The position numbers and the translations under genes are program-made. Under the pieces are notes generated by a model. It saw only the letters and a list, made by a program, of their open reading frames with translations. It was not told the DNA's origin and made no database searches. A stretch of 64,000 nt of DNA from Vicugna vicugna (lineage: Eukaryota), in assembly GCA_013265495.1 (NCBI GenBank), contig MU058221.1:1798001-1862000 (forward strand), read 5' to 3'. Positions 23,037 through 35,700 of the stretch are shown one piece after another; positions within the stretch are counted from its first letter, which is position 1, and the number at the start of each line of letters is the position of its first letter.

Positions 23037-26000
23037 TTAAATCAAGGTTCTCTAATCAGGAGAAAGAATTAACACAAATCTGAAAAGAAGACTTTTTATG
23101 TTTAATAAAAGACTCCTTTTGACAAGTCTTTCCATGGCCCTTGCCGAGAGCGGCTCGCACGTACATTTATCTGTCCTGGCATTTTTCTCCTATTCTTATT
23201 TCTTGCCCAGGGCTGTTTCTTTCCAATCCAAATCCTGTTTCTTCTCATTCTTCTGGGGTAAATTTTATGGTCCTTCCACACTGCTCAGAATTCTCTCCTG
23301 CAATTAAGCCTTTTTGTGGTATCAGCCCATCTCATCCAGGGTACCATCCCAGCATCCCCAGCCCTTAGCTGCTCCCTAGCTAGGCACTGTCAAGATTTCC
23401 TATTTTTCTTTTTCTTTTTCTTTTTTTTTTCGTATTTGTTGATATATTTAGAATGGGCTCCATATTTTTGTAGAAGAGATTGATTCTCCTGCCACACCGC
23501 AATGGGCTCCCTGAACTTGGCAATGAGGAGACATCTTAGACACACCGTGGGCTCGTAGGCAGGGAGGCAGCTCACCCACAGAGCTGCCGGGAGTGAAGGT
23601 CCACACCCTCCCCTCCACCCTGAAACGGGGCGCGGTGCTGATGGGCCCTCCAGGTAAAGCAGTGTGCTTAGAAAAATCTCACCATTCAGCGCTTCCTTAA
23701 CAACAACTAAAGCTGTTTGTATTCAGCCACTTGTGCCATGGGTATAGGCAAGCTAGAGCTTCTGTTAGATAAGTTTCTTATGAACTAAGGGCAAAATGTT
23801 TTGTTTGATTTTGGCTTTTTGCTTTTCCTCTAAAAAGGCTGGAAGACATTACACTTGAAAACTAAAATCCTTTCCTGCCAGTTTCTTCCCTAATCTCAGG
23901 TGGGGGTGACCTCTAACCCTGCCTATTGAAGTTCCAGCACGGAGGCGGGCTGGCCTCTAATGCACCTGCAGCGCAGCCAAAGAGTCTTCCCTAATGACGG
24001 GGCGCCTCCGCTAGACGCTAGGGAGTCAGAAGAAAGAATGAGGTGGCTCTCCGCCGGCCACTCCCCTGGTCATCAGATAAAATACGGGGCTCAGGAGAGT
24101 CTTTAGACTCAGGATCTCCTCAGGGAGAGCAGAGATTCCAACCGCAAACTTCAAAAATCAGCAGAGAACAGCGTTCCCTTAAGGTTCCTCAACAACTCGC
24201 ACCGTGAGCTTTCTCCCCCGTCCCCAAGCATTGCCGGCCGCTGCTACAGCAAACTCCAGCGTGTGTCGGCCTCTTCCCTCTGCTCCTGATGCCCTCTTGG
24301 TCTTGATCAAGGCCCACTCACATGACTACAGCAGCATCCGAGCCTCGGGTCCACATGGACACTGCGCTCCGTCCTTGCCTCTCCCTGCTCAATAGTCTAA
24401 AATAGCAGCTTCCCCAGGCGAGTGGACCTGCTGCCGTGGACGTTCCCCGACTCCCCCAGAGGACCCTCTGCTCTTGTCAGCCAGTCCAGTCTGTCCTCCT
24501 CCTAACGGTCTCCTCAGCCCCACCTCCACCCTTTGTCCATGTTGCTCCCATCCACTGCCACCGGGGGTGCCTTCCATTCAGCACTCTTTAAATTCGGGAC
24601 ACAGTTTAAGTCCCGCCTCCTCCACGCAGCCTCTGGGCTCACTCCAGTCCTCAGGGCTACTGCAGTCGCATTCTGTACCGTATGGACATGGTATAATTAT
24701 AATTGCTACCTTGCAGTTTAGCAATTAACTTCCTCCTTGTCTGAATCTTATCTAAAAGCTTGTCAGATCCTTGAGGGGATAACACAGGCATTTTGCTGCT
24801 GCTGAGCTCAATTCTGGGCACAGAACAGATGCCCGACTTTGTGGCCGTACAATTGGGCCAATCAATACCTTAGACAGCACAAACCAGAGAGCAGGCTCTT
24901 GGCTTCAGTGTTACAGAACCTAGAGACGTTCTGCGGTCCTCCTCCCATCCTCCTGAGGGCCCGGATTCCCTCCACAGAAAGAAAGAATTCAGCTCTCTAG
25001 TTTTCTTAGTTAGAATTACAGACGAATCCTGACTCTGCTCTGTGTGAGGACAGGCTGCGTGGGTTTCAGAACCGAACAGTGGTTCAGAGGTTGTAAACTG
25101 CAGACCGGAGAGAACCAGGTCCGAGGCCTTTAGAATTCCCAGCTGGAACTCCTGGGTGAGTGTCCGCACACTGGCCCTTCCCGTTTCTGCCTTTGGAGTC
25201 CGGGTGTAACAGGAGGAAACAGTTCGAAAAGTGCCCTGTGAGTGTTTTCTGCACCTGGGCTCCGTAGTAGGGCTTGAGAGACCAAAGAGAAAAGGAAAGA
25301 AAAATAACATGAATTCAAGTTTATACTCAGAACTCCAGGGCTCTGTGCACTCTTTTCTGAAGCAATGTTCTTACCCTTTTTGTGTGTGTTTTTCTGAGTC
25401 ATAGAATCCACTATGATTAGAGAATTAATCAAGTCCCAGTCTTAGGAAAATGCATATACATGCAAAGCAACTACATTGTACCTAATTTCATGGTTTTTCG
25501 GTGCCTTGGACCTCTGGGTAATAGCCCCTTTTCTGAAAACATGGAAAGTGTTCTCTCAGCACCTTAAAGGCAGAGCCATGGTTTTATAATTTTGCCATTT
25601 ACAGAGTTCAGGCGCTAACCCTCGCCTGTGCCTCCCGGCTTTGGAGAGACCGAAGGGAAGTCTGCGGTCACAGCCTCACCTCCTCCCTAAATGCATGAGC
25701 AATTCCCCGAGCATCACACCCCCGGTACTCCAGACGCTGCACTAGGTGGATGGCTCGCCCGGGTCCAGCTCGGCGCTGACCAGCTTCTCTGTGCCTTGCC
25801 CTCGCCACTCAGAGTCCCCTCCTCACCACTCTGCCGGTCCACACTCCAACGAGGGACCTGAGAGCAAAATAAGTTCTTGCACCCTTTGGGCGGGGCTGGA
25901 GAGGAGAGGAGGGGGCCGGTCCTCAGATAACGGTGCCAAGCACCTTGGGGCTTTAAATGGGGGCTCTGGACTGAGACATGGGATGGAAGGAGCGTCTCTC

Positions 26001-26423
26001 TCCGCAGCCATCTATGATGGAACGTCTCCAAGCAGGAGACAGTGAGAAACAGATGGCGATGAACAGGCAAATGAACCTCAGGGATGGAGCTTGAGTGGGA
26101 GGGTGTGAGGAGGCAGCAGCCGTCGGCAGCAGCCGACAGAGGGGAAAGGCCCGTGCCGTGGAACGCGCACACGGAGAGTCAGAGTGGGAGACAGCAGAGG
26201 GACCATGTGGCACGGGGCCAGTGCTCAGGACACGTGCAGCCGAGGACAGGGCCAGCCTCCTCCCCGGGCAGACGGGAGAACTCCTCCCCCATCTCCCTGC
26301 TGGAGGCTCGTTTGTGCACCTGAGAAGACGAGTCCTTCTAGAAAGGTTAACGTAGTAGTTTCCAACCACACTGTGCCTAATAATCACATGAGAAACATGA
26401 TAAAAAAAAAAACTGGGTCCTCC

Positions 26424-26533
26424 TGGAGTGACCAAATGTCCTGGTTTGCCCAGGACTTTCCTGGTCTTAACAATGAAATTCCTGAAATAATGGCCCCTCA
26501 GTCCCGGGCAAACTGGGACAACCAGGTGCCCTG
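26424..26533 (-). mobile_element. MER81-like hAT-Blackjack MITE
   Basis: Inverted arms tgtcctggtttgcccaggact / agtcccgggcaaactgggaca; length ~110 bp. Confidence 0.8.
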
Positions 26534-28529
26534 TGGCACGTCCAGTTATTCGGATTCTTTAGTCCGGGAGGAGACCTGGACTCTGACCCTCTACCCAGCA
26601 CGCACTTCTGGGTGATTCTGACGCTGGGCACCAGGAGGTCGGTGCCCCAACAGAAGCGGCCAAGTAGGTCTGTAAGAGAGAAGAATTAAAAAGAGGAAGG
26701 AAAGCAAACAGCGCTGATGGCTTCTGAAAATTCTCAACCAGATGTTCTCAGTCCTTTGAATGACATAGAAAACGTATAAAGCCACAGATGCCTGGCCCCT
26801 GTCCGGACACGGCGTCAGGTTCTACGAGGGAGGGAGGACCGCTGTACTGAGTGGCTCTGTGATTTCCTGACTGATGGTATCTGGTGCCAGGCAGGACAGA
26901 GAACTACTGAGTGCCACCTGGACAGCACAGCACTGCACCCCAGCTGACGGGAGGCGGGAGGTCCCTCTTAAATGCAATGTCTACTCCTTGGGGTCACTGC
27001 CCAGGAAAGAAGCCATTAATTGATGGGAACCATCTCAGATAATATTAAGTATACCTTTAACCCTCTCCTCCAAGAATTACCCCCAAACTGAGGCCCCTTT
27101 GAGTGGTCTGCAGGGAATGTGTCCAGGTCTTCTCCGTGCCTGAAGTAGTTGCGTACCATGGGTATAACCTAACCATGCTTCCATCATTGAGAAAAACCAG
27201 AAGAATCAGGAATCCACTTCTTTCTCTTCTGTGGCTAAAAAGAGAAGAAAAAAAATCGTTTCTGGAAAGAGAAGAAAGAACATTTCTAGAAAGAGAGGAA
27301 AGAAAAAAATAAGAGATTCTGAGGCAGGGAAGGGGAATCCAAACTAGTGACAGACTATGACAAGGAAGAGAAGGAAAAGGGAGGGTTGAATTGGCAACAG
27401 GAAGGGTGCATTTCAGAGCCAAGCCTGTGAATCAAGACCGCCTTACAACATGAAGAGGTTCAAAGGCAAAACACTGGAAAATGACAAAACTGTTATTTTG
27501 CCCAGAATAAATGGATATATTATCTGGTGTTGATTTTAGCCAAAGTCCATGAGGCAATTGAATCCTAAACTGTCAGAGGCTGAGAGAAAGCATTCCATCT
27601 TCTGGAGGGACCTACATGGGAAAGATGGGGAGGCCAAAACTTAAACTTGCACTTCACACCCACTTCCACAGGTTTTCAGAAGACAAATGACCCCTCAGTT
27701 TATACAACCGGAAAGGCAGATCCTTGCAAATGGACAACCGCATGGCATAGAAACTTAATAAGGAAGAATAAAGAGAATACAAAGCACAGGGTGGTCCTTG
27801 GCAAAATCTATAGCAATGCGAAATGCTTTATAATAAATGGTTGCAATGGTTGGCGCTTGGAATTAGAACAGCGAATGCTTTGTTATTGAGTACCTGCGTT
27901 CAATTTTTTAATCTATCACATATCAAAACCAAATCTAGGCTTGAGACTTTTATGGCACCTTCTGGCTAAAGATTTCACCCTCAGTATCGGAGCGATTTTT
28001 ATCAGATTTTTTTATTAAGTCTTTATCTGTGGTTGGCTCTGCACAATGTACATACTTAAATAAATAAAACGTCTCTAAAGAAGTCCTTCCTCAAAGGTGT
28101 TGCACGGCATGGTGCATACGTAGTCCTACTGAAAACCCAGAATGCGGTGAAGGTTAGTGATTCGTACGTGAAGAAGACAAATATGGCCTTGACGGCAGCA
28201 GGAGGATACCCACACGATGATGGACCTGGAGTTGACTGCCATTAACGTCAGCCTGCATTTCTCAAGCACCCAGTGAGCACAGGGCAGAAAGGGACAGGAA
28301 ACAAGTACAACAGTTGGACCCTTCCCTAAATGAGCCCGCAATCTAGTTGGAGGGAGAGGAGGTAAACCCATGCAAAAGGGTACATAATTCCTACCTGGCA
28401 TCTTTCTAAGTGGGCAGTGAGTGGCCCAGACCCTAAATGCAGCAGTAGCTTGGAGGAGGCTGCAATCACCGAAGCAGAGCTTTTTGGCAAAGTAAGTGAT
28501 GTACATTAAACCTCACAGGGATGACTTAG

Positions 28530-28720
28530 TAACAACGAGCTTTTGCATTTGCTTTATAGTGTCCAACCACACCCATTATTGAATTTACCTCTTAGACTGC
28601 CCTGTTGACATGAACGTAATAATCTCCATCTTTCAGATGAAGAAGCCGAGACTGAGAAGTTAAGCAGCTTCCCGGAGGCCACACAGCTTTAAATCTCAGA
28701 GCCAGGACCCAGGGTCAGTA
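28530..28720 (-). mobile_element. MIR SINE
   Basis: tctccatctttcagatgaagaagccgagactgagaagttaagcagcttcccggaggccacacagct. Confidence 0.7.
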
Positions 28721-30879
28721 CCAGCGGAAACACACCTTAAAAGTGAAGTCCAGAATGAACATCTTCAGAAGCAGCCCGGCCACAGCAGAATACTGTCTGT
28801 AAATATCTCCTGGCTGAACCTAAAGGCGAGACTCTTTTAGTTTGTCTTGTTCAACCTTGTTCTTCATCTTGTTTTGCTAAGATCATTGGGATGATCTATT
28901 CCTCATAATAAGATTTGCCACTTTCCCTACTTGTGAAGTCCCCGATGATCCAGCTGCAGCAAAAAAAAATATTGGGAAGACTACTTGTTCAAATAAAATT
29001 TTATGGGGAAGCCCAATGCATAACGTTGCATGCCTTCTCCTGTCTCCAGCCCTTCTGTTTTCTGGGATTAACATTTCTGAAAGAGTATGAAAAGATGTGC
29101 AAAGAGGGATCCATTCAGTATTTTGGCTCCTACAAAATGAGCACACACACAGTAAAGGGGTGATTGCACACTTACTTTGGTTGTTGCAAAGTCTAACACT
29201 CTGATGTACAGACTGAGTGCAGGGAGGAATAAAGCATTTTCGTATCTCTTTCCAGGAGAAAGGCTTCCTCAGTTTCCTGGGAGCAAGCATTGTTAGACTA
29301 ACAAGATTTTTTTTTCTATTGTGCTTTATTGATCCTACATTGAGTCAGCATCCTCTGATTCTGGCAAAACATTCTTTTTAGGTTTTTGTTTCTGGAGATG
29401 ATGTGTGTTTTTGTCTTTTTCTGTGTCTTCATTGAGATTTTATTAGAAATTTGGGAGGTGATGCTCAGCGGCAACTAGCCAAGCAAGATTTCAAACCCAG
29501 ATCCAATGGAAATGGCATTTGATTGCACCACAGATGCCAACTTCATGCGATTTTTTTTCCTCCCATCAAGTGCCTCTCTCCTCCCCATTAGGCATATTTG
29601 GGTAGTACAAATGAGTGGCTTGACTAGAAGCAGAAAGACATTCATTCCATTCCAATTTTGAACATGACAGTTGTGAAGTCAGACCCCGGACCTGTGTGCC
29701 AATTTGCATCCCAATAAAAATTTGAATGCTTGAATTATTAACGGAGAGCGAGGGATGGAGGCTGGAATGGAGATGTCTATAATGAGGCGGCGAGTCCCAG
29801 CATAAGAGTTGCTGGCTTTAGCATCATCCTGCATGCGTAGTCCCTGCAGCTCTCCTAGCCTGTGCATTGTTTGTTGCTGAGACTCATTCTGAATTCTCTT
29901 TGCTGTTTCATTCTCATCTGCATCAGCAGTCAGGGCAGCTATGGATAGCCCCATAGTATGCTTTAAAAATAAAAGGAAGAAACTCAAGTAAAGCTTACGC
30001 TCTAGAGTCAGACACACCCAGAGACAAATTCCAGAACTGACTTTTCCTTGCATTGTGAGAGTTGAAGCAGCCAGCCCACAGCCACAGAATTACTTGGGTT
30101 GACCAGATACCACATTGCTCACCTTCTAGCATCTGAAACCCATTTGCTTTCCTGTCCTGGTTGCTTCATTCTGTAAGCATCTTTTTCTTTGTTTTGAATT
30201 ACAGAAGTAATACAGATCAAAGTTATGTATATTTAACCACAGATAAGCCAAAAGGGAGAAGGGCCAAGGATGGCTGCAGTTCATCTGAGAATTTTTCTAC
30301 ACATATTTAGCTATACATGAATATGTTCTATAATGTATAAAAATGAATCCTACCGCACGGACTTTGTGATGGTTTGATTTTTTTTTCACTTCATATATTA
30401 GGAACACTGTTCCATGAGAATAGATAAATGGTTACTTGCATCATGGTTGCATAATATTCCATATGAACACTCAATCATTTTATTTGTTAGTTATTTAATG
30501 TAAAACATATCTGGAAATCACGTAAAAGCCTTAAGGTTCTGGACCCAATTCCAACGCATGTGTTTGGGGAGAGGGGTCCCCACACCAGCAGTTCTCCAAC
30601 ACCAGCTGGTTGTCCTACACTTCAACTCAATTCTGACGCTCTTTGCCCAGAGGTAACGTCAGATCCCATGGGTTAAGTGTTCAGTCACACAGGACTGCCC
30701 CCACGCGCAACTTCAGAGGCCAGTCACAAGTCCAGCTTGTCACCTGTGTTTCTGACCCACTGGCTATAGATTGGAGGTTCCAACGACCCCTTCTTTGGGT
30801 TTGATTAATTCCCTCAAGCAGCTCACAGAACTCAGAAAAGTATTTTACTTACTAGATCCCCAGTTTATTCTAAAAGGAT

Positions 30880-32035
30880 TGTTTAAAAGCAAGACAAAAG
30901 GCCCAGGATGCAGTTGCTGTGCAAAGCCCCAAATCACCAAACCAATGGAGACTTCAGCATAGTTTCTGATCCCCCAGAAATGGGATCTTAAGCCAGTCAG
31001 TCAGGAGTCACCTGATCAGCACTCGTTGGGTAATCTGCCCATGGACCCCTGCCGTCCTCTAGAGGAAAGTAACCTTGCAACAGCCAACCAGCGTGTGCCT
31101 AGTGTAACTTCCTTGTCCCTGCCCCCTCTGCCCACAGGGGTCTCCGTCTGTACCACTGCTTGGAATGCCTTGCTTTCTGCTAAATGGGGCGCTGCCCAAT
31201 TTGAATCAATTTTTGCTCAAAGAAACTCTTAACTCTTTTTGTTTGGCATTTCTTTTTTTTTTTAATTGAAGTACAGTCAGTTACAGTGTCAGTTTCTGGC
31301 GTACAGCATCATGTCCTAGTCATGTGTATATATACATATATATGTGTATATATATATACACATATTCATTTTCATATTCTTTTTCATTAAGGCTTATTAT
31401 AAGATATTGAATATAGTTCCTTCTGCTATACAGAAGAATTTTGCTTTTTATCTATTTTTATATAGAGATGTTATCATTTGCAAATCTCAGACTCCCAAGT
31501 GTATCCCTTCCCATTCCCTTTCCCCCTGGTAACCGTAAGATTGTTTACTATGTCTGCAAATCTGTTTCTGTTTTGCAGATGAGTTCATAAGTGTCCTTTT
31601 TTTTTTTTAGATTCCACATATAAGTGACATCATACAGTATTTTTCTTTCTCTTTCTGGCTTACTTCACTTAGAATGACAATCTCTATGTCCATCCATGTT
31701 GCTGCAAATGGCATTATTTTGTTCTTTTTTATGGGTGAGTAGTATTCCATTGTATAACTATAACACAGCTTCTTTATCCAGTCATCTGTTGATGGACATT
31801 TAGGTTGCTTCCATGTCTTGGCTATTGTGTATAATGTTGCTATGAACATTGGGGTGCATGTATCTTTCTGAATTAGAGTTCCTTCCAGATATATGCCCAG
31901 GAGTGGGATTGCTGGATCATACAGTAACTTTATTTTTAGGTTTTTGAGGAATCTCCATACTGTTTTCCATAATGGCTGCACCAAACTCCATTAAACTCTA
32001 AACATTTTTAACATGCCTTAGCTTATCTTTTAACA
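30880..32035 (+). mobile_element. MER34/MER39-like ERV1 solo LTR inside the MER21-like LTR, itself interrupted by an L1
   Basis: TG...CA ends (tgttt at 30880; ttttaaca ending 32035); 4-bp TSD ggat/ggac. Confidence 0.7.
31241..31990 (-). mobile_element. 5'-truncated L1 (ORF2 C-terminus + 3'UTR)
   Basis: ORF 31607-31984 ([31 protein letters not shown]...SLICGI*); degenerate TSD aaactct(t/a)aac at 31223 and 31993. Confidence 0.95.
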
Positions 32036-32499
32036 GGACATAACTTAGGAACAGCCAGATGGGAGAGATTTACAGGGCAAGGTAAACCAGAAGGGCACAG
32101 AGCTCCTAGACCATCTCTGAGCACACAGTCCTTCTAGCACCTTCGTGTATTCATCAACCCAGTAGCTCTTCCAGCCCCATCCTTTTTTTTACATAGAATT
32201 CATTAGCCACTGGTGATTGATCGAGCCTCCAGCCCCATTCCCCTCTCTCAAAGGTCAAGGGAGTAAGATTGAAAATTCCAACTCTCTAATTATTGGTTGT
32301 CTCCACAGGCAACCAGCCCTCAGATTCAGTGCCTTCCAGAAGTCACCTCATTAACATAACAAAAGACACCTTTATCTTCTCTCATCATTCAGGAAATCCC
32401 AAGGGTTTGGGGAGCTCTGTGCCAAAAAAGGAGACAAAGACCAAACACACGTGTCTGATTGTAAGTCAGAACATCTCCAAGCCTTTACGGTACACTCAC

Positions 32500-32705
32500 C
32501 CTTGGTCTTTGCCAGGTGGCCATTCTCCAAGTCCCCGTCGTACCTCGAGGGCGTCCATCACAGCACTTGTGCTCTGTGATCACCTAGCCTTTGCTTATTT
32601 ACACCTTTGTCTTCTTAGCTTACTTAAAAAACAAATTCCAATACCTAGCCAGTTAATGACACACAGAGGATTTTTTTTAACATATTTGTTGAGCTGAATT
32701 GAACA
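32500..32705 (+). mobile_element. LINE-2 3' end
   Basis: ccaatacctagc...acacagagga...catatttgttgagctgaattgaa. Confidence 0.55.
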
Positions 32706-35700
32706 ACATGGCTGCGGTTAATTAAGATCCTCCTACACACACTTTTTCACACTTGGCAAGCAGTTTGCTTGAGCTGGCACCTTGGAGTGGAGCAGCGGAG
32801 TCACACCTATGCAAACAGTGAAGGCTCCGACTCACAGAACGTGCTTGTTCGTGTCGCTCTTTCTAGGCAGGATGAACCATCCCTGGTTTCGCCTCGATTA
32901 TTTTTCTTCCCTTTCATTCCTGTTATCTTTCTGGAGCCAAGAAAAAAAGAAAAGATGCATCTGAGAAAGGAAATAGATAGCTTCCTACAGTCCCATCCTC
33001 AGCTCTACGTCCACAGTGAACATAAACTCAACCCTGTAAGTTAGAAACACTCGTCCTCGAAACACCCAGCCTTACAGACCCCCCAGGGTCCCTTAATTTC
33101 CACACCTGGGACAGCTCTGCTAATGGCGTTTATAAATGTGTGCTGTTGCAATTTTATTGCATCACTTTGTTTTGTCCACGGAGAGGTTACTAAACAACTT
33201 CTCCTAATCTCAGAACTGGACAGAAATTTTGTTGTAAAATGATAGAGAGTGGAAATATTATACAGCACCTCCCAGGCGCTCGTGCCGGAGAGTCTTATTG
33301 AGAGAAATGGGTATTGCAGGAAATAAAACTGCAATCAGGCTGAAAACTTGCTGTTATTTTCGCCTTTTTTTTCCTTTTTTCCATGACTGAGAATGAGCAA
33401 GTTGCCCCAGGTTGCTCAGGGACAAGAGGTTTCACTGTTACAATAGTGATGCAACCCTAAAGGCAGCAGCGTTCCTCTGCCTTTTATGCCTCTGCCTCTT
33501 CCACTTTATGAAAATGGAAAATTTTGTGTCTTTGGCACGCATTTGCCTGTCACACTAACTCGGACCTAAAGAGAGACAATCGCATGTGGCAGCTTCTTCC
33601 AATCCAAAATCATACAGCACAGAACATATGATGAGCCAGTAATTAGTTTGCGAATTCAGTTGCTCTAAGCAGCCTAAGTGCGTATTTCCAGCTTTGATTA
33701 CCCCTCCATCAAGGTTTTTATTTTTTCTTCCCTTTAATTAGGCAAGCAACTATTTTAAAAAAGCAGGATTTTGAAGGCTCGTAACACCTGGATAATGGCA
33801 ATGAGACATGGCGTCAGAGAGAGAGGGATGGGTGTCCATAGTAAGAACTCTGGTACATAGAACAAGTAAATTGGAAGACGGTTTTAACATTAACAAAGAA
33901 TTCACCATTTTGTATTGTTTAGTGGTGGTTTAGTAGAAGAAATTCTGAACTAGAACTCAGTATATCTGATGTATGAGATAAGGGAGTTGCAATGTTTAAG
34001 GCTCCTTTGAATTTAAATTATATGTGAAATTCACTACACAGAGGCTGACACAGGAATTGAGTCAAATCTGGGGGAGATTCTAGTAATTGGGAAATCTCAG
34101 AATTTGGGAAAAACAAGTAAGCATTGAAGTTAGCTGATCACAGTAAGATTGTTTTATTTGGTTTTCATAGAATTTTTCTGGGACAGGTTGATAATATCAA
34201 TTAAGGCAACAATCGACACGTTGCTTTATTTTTCCAACAAGATGTTGGAGAACTTTTCTAAGAAACCAGAGGGAGTAAACAGAAGATCTCAGAAGAGTGC
34301 TCAGTGACGGAAAATGCCAGAGCTGCAGGCAGCTTTGGTGGCCACCCACTCCAGCGCCCTCACTTTACAACTGAATAAACTCAGACCCACACGCCCAGTA
34401 ACCTACACAGGTTAATATGCCTGCAGACCAGATCTGGCCAGACGCCAGGGCCGTGCTCTTTCCCGCACAGTACGTCCTTAGTCAATGAAAACGGTTTTTA
34501 CCTCCGGTAAGATTTGCACTGTAGTTTTCGGTCTTCGCTGATGCATTTTCACCTTCACAGCATTGACTCCGTTGGCCAAAAGCCATCGAGTCAGCTTTAA
34601 ATACACTTGGGTTCCCTCCAACCATTTAATGCCCAGGCTTTATAGCAGCGCCTGCTGGTTAGATCCAGGCAATTGCTGCTCATGCATCAGTGAAGATTTC
34701 CGGGTCAAGCAGAGGAGACTACGCTGGGGACGTTTTACAGAAGTTCACACCTCAGTTGAGAAGCAGGCCAAGGCTTCTTCCTGAGCGGTTCCTCTTTATC
34801 CTGGAGCTCCAGCTCTACGCGACGCCCCTCTGACCACAGAGCGGGTGACTCTCCAGGGTTCCCCGCTGTCTGCGCCTTAAAGGCTGCTCAGCAATCATCT
34901 TTTGGTTTGAGCTGAAGTTCTTGTTTGATGGAGGTGTTGAGCTGGAGTCACCTGAGTGCAAAGCTAATTGCTTCTTCCTCGGCTGGTAGGTTCCATTCTG
35001 AATAAACTGACAATGCATGCCTCCTTGCCTACAAATACGTCAAAGAGTGCTACCAAGAAGGCTCAACCTATGTCATGTCTGAAAGCAGAATTAGGCCAAT
35101 GAATGGAAGTTGCCGGAGAATAGCTTACGCCATCATGAGGAAGAATTGTATAACATTTAAAGCTGTCCAAAAATGCAATGAACTGTTTTGATGTCTAATA
35201 AACTCTTTTTCTTTGCAAACGTTGAAGCAGGGCCTGGAGGCCCACCTGTCAGGGATGTTGTAGAGATGGAAAGAGAAGTAACACGTTAATTGAGAGATCC
35301 CACTCAACTTCCTAACTCTGATGTGCTAGCATTCTATGAGTTTTTCTATTTTTGAAAAGTTGCATACCAAAATATCAAGTCTTTTCACAAGCATCTGTGA
35401 CCTTCCTTTGGTGAGTCTACCTATAGGAGTAAACACAGCAGAAGACAGAGTTCGTTTCAGAGCAGAGCTTTTGTTAATACTTAGGAGACACAGATAACTT
35501 GCCTAAAATTCTATATTATCTATAAATTATCTATATCTATTACCTATAATTATCTGTGTATTATCCATAAATTCTAGAAGATCTGGGGAAGCAGGTAAAT
35601 AATTGAATGGAGAGGTTGGGTTTTAGGATCAACCAAAAGAATGGATAGAATTTAAATTTAGAGGAAATTATTGGGGGAGATTAAAGATAAGAAAGAAGAG

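Larger units (their letters stand above)
30550..32478. mobile_element. MER21-like LTR, split at 30879/32036 by nested insertions
   Basis: caccagctggttgtcctaca...aattctgac...cagatccca...ggttaag; gcagctcacagaactcagaaa...tttattctaaaaggat | ggacataacttaggaacagccagatgg...agtcacctcattaacataacaaaagacacc. Confidence 0.8.

Noticed and set aside
25714..26615. Several 140-160 aa ORFs
   Set aside because: GC-rich, overlapping on both strands, and partly running through a MER81-like element
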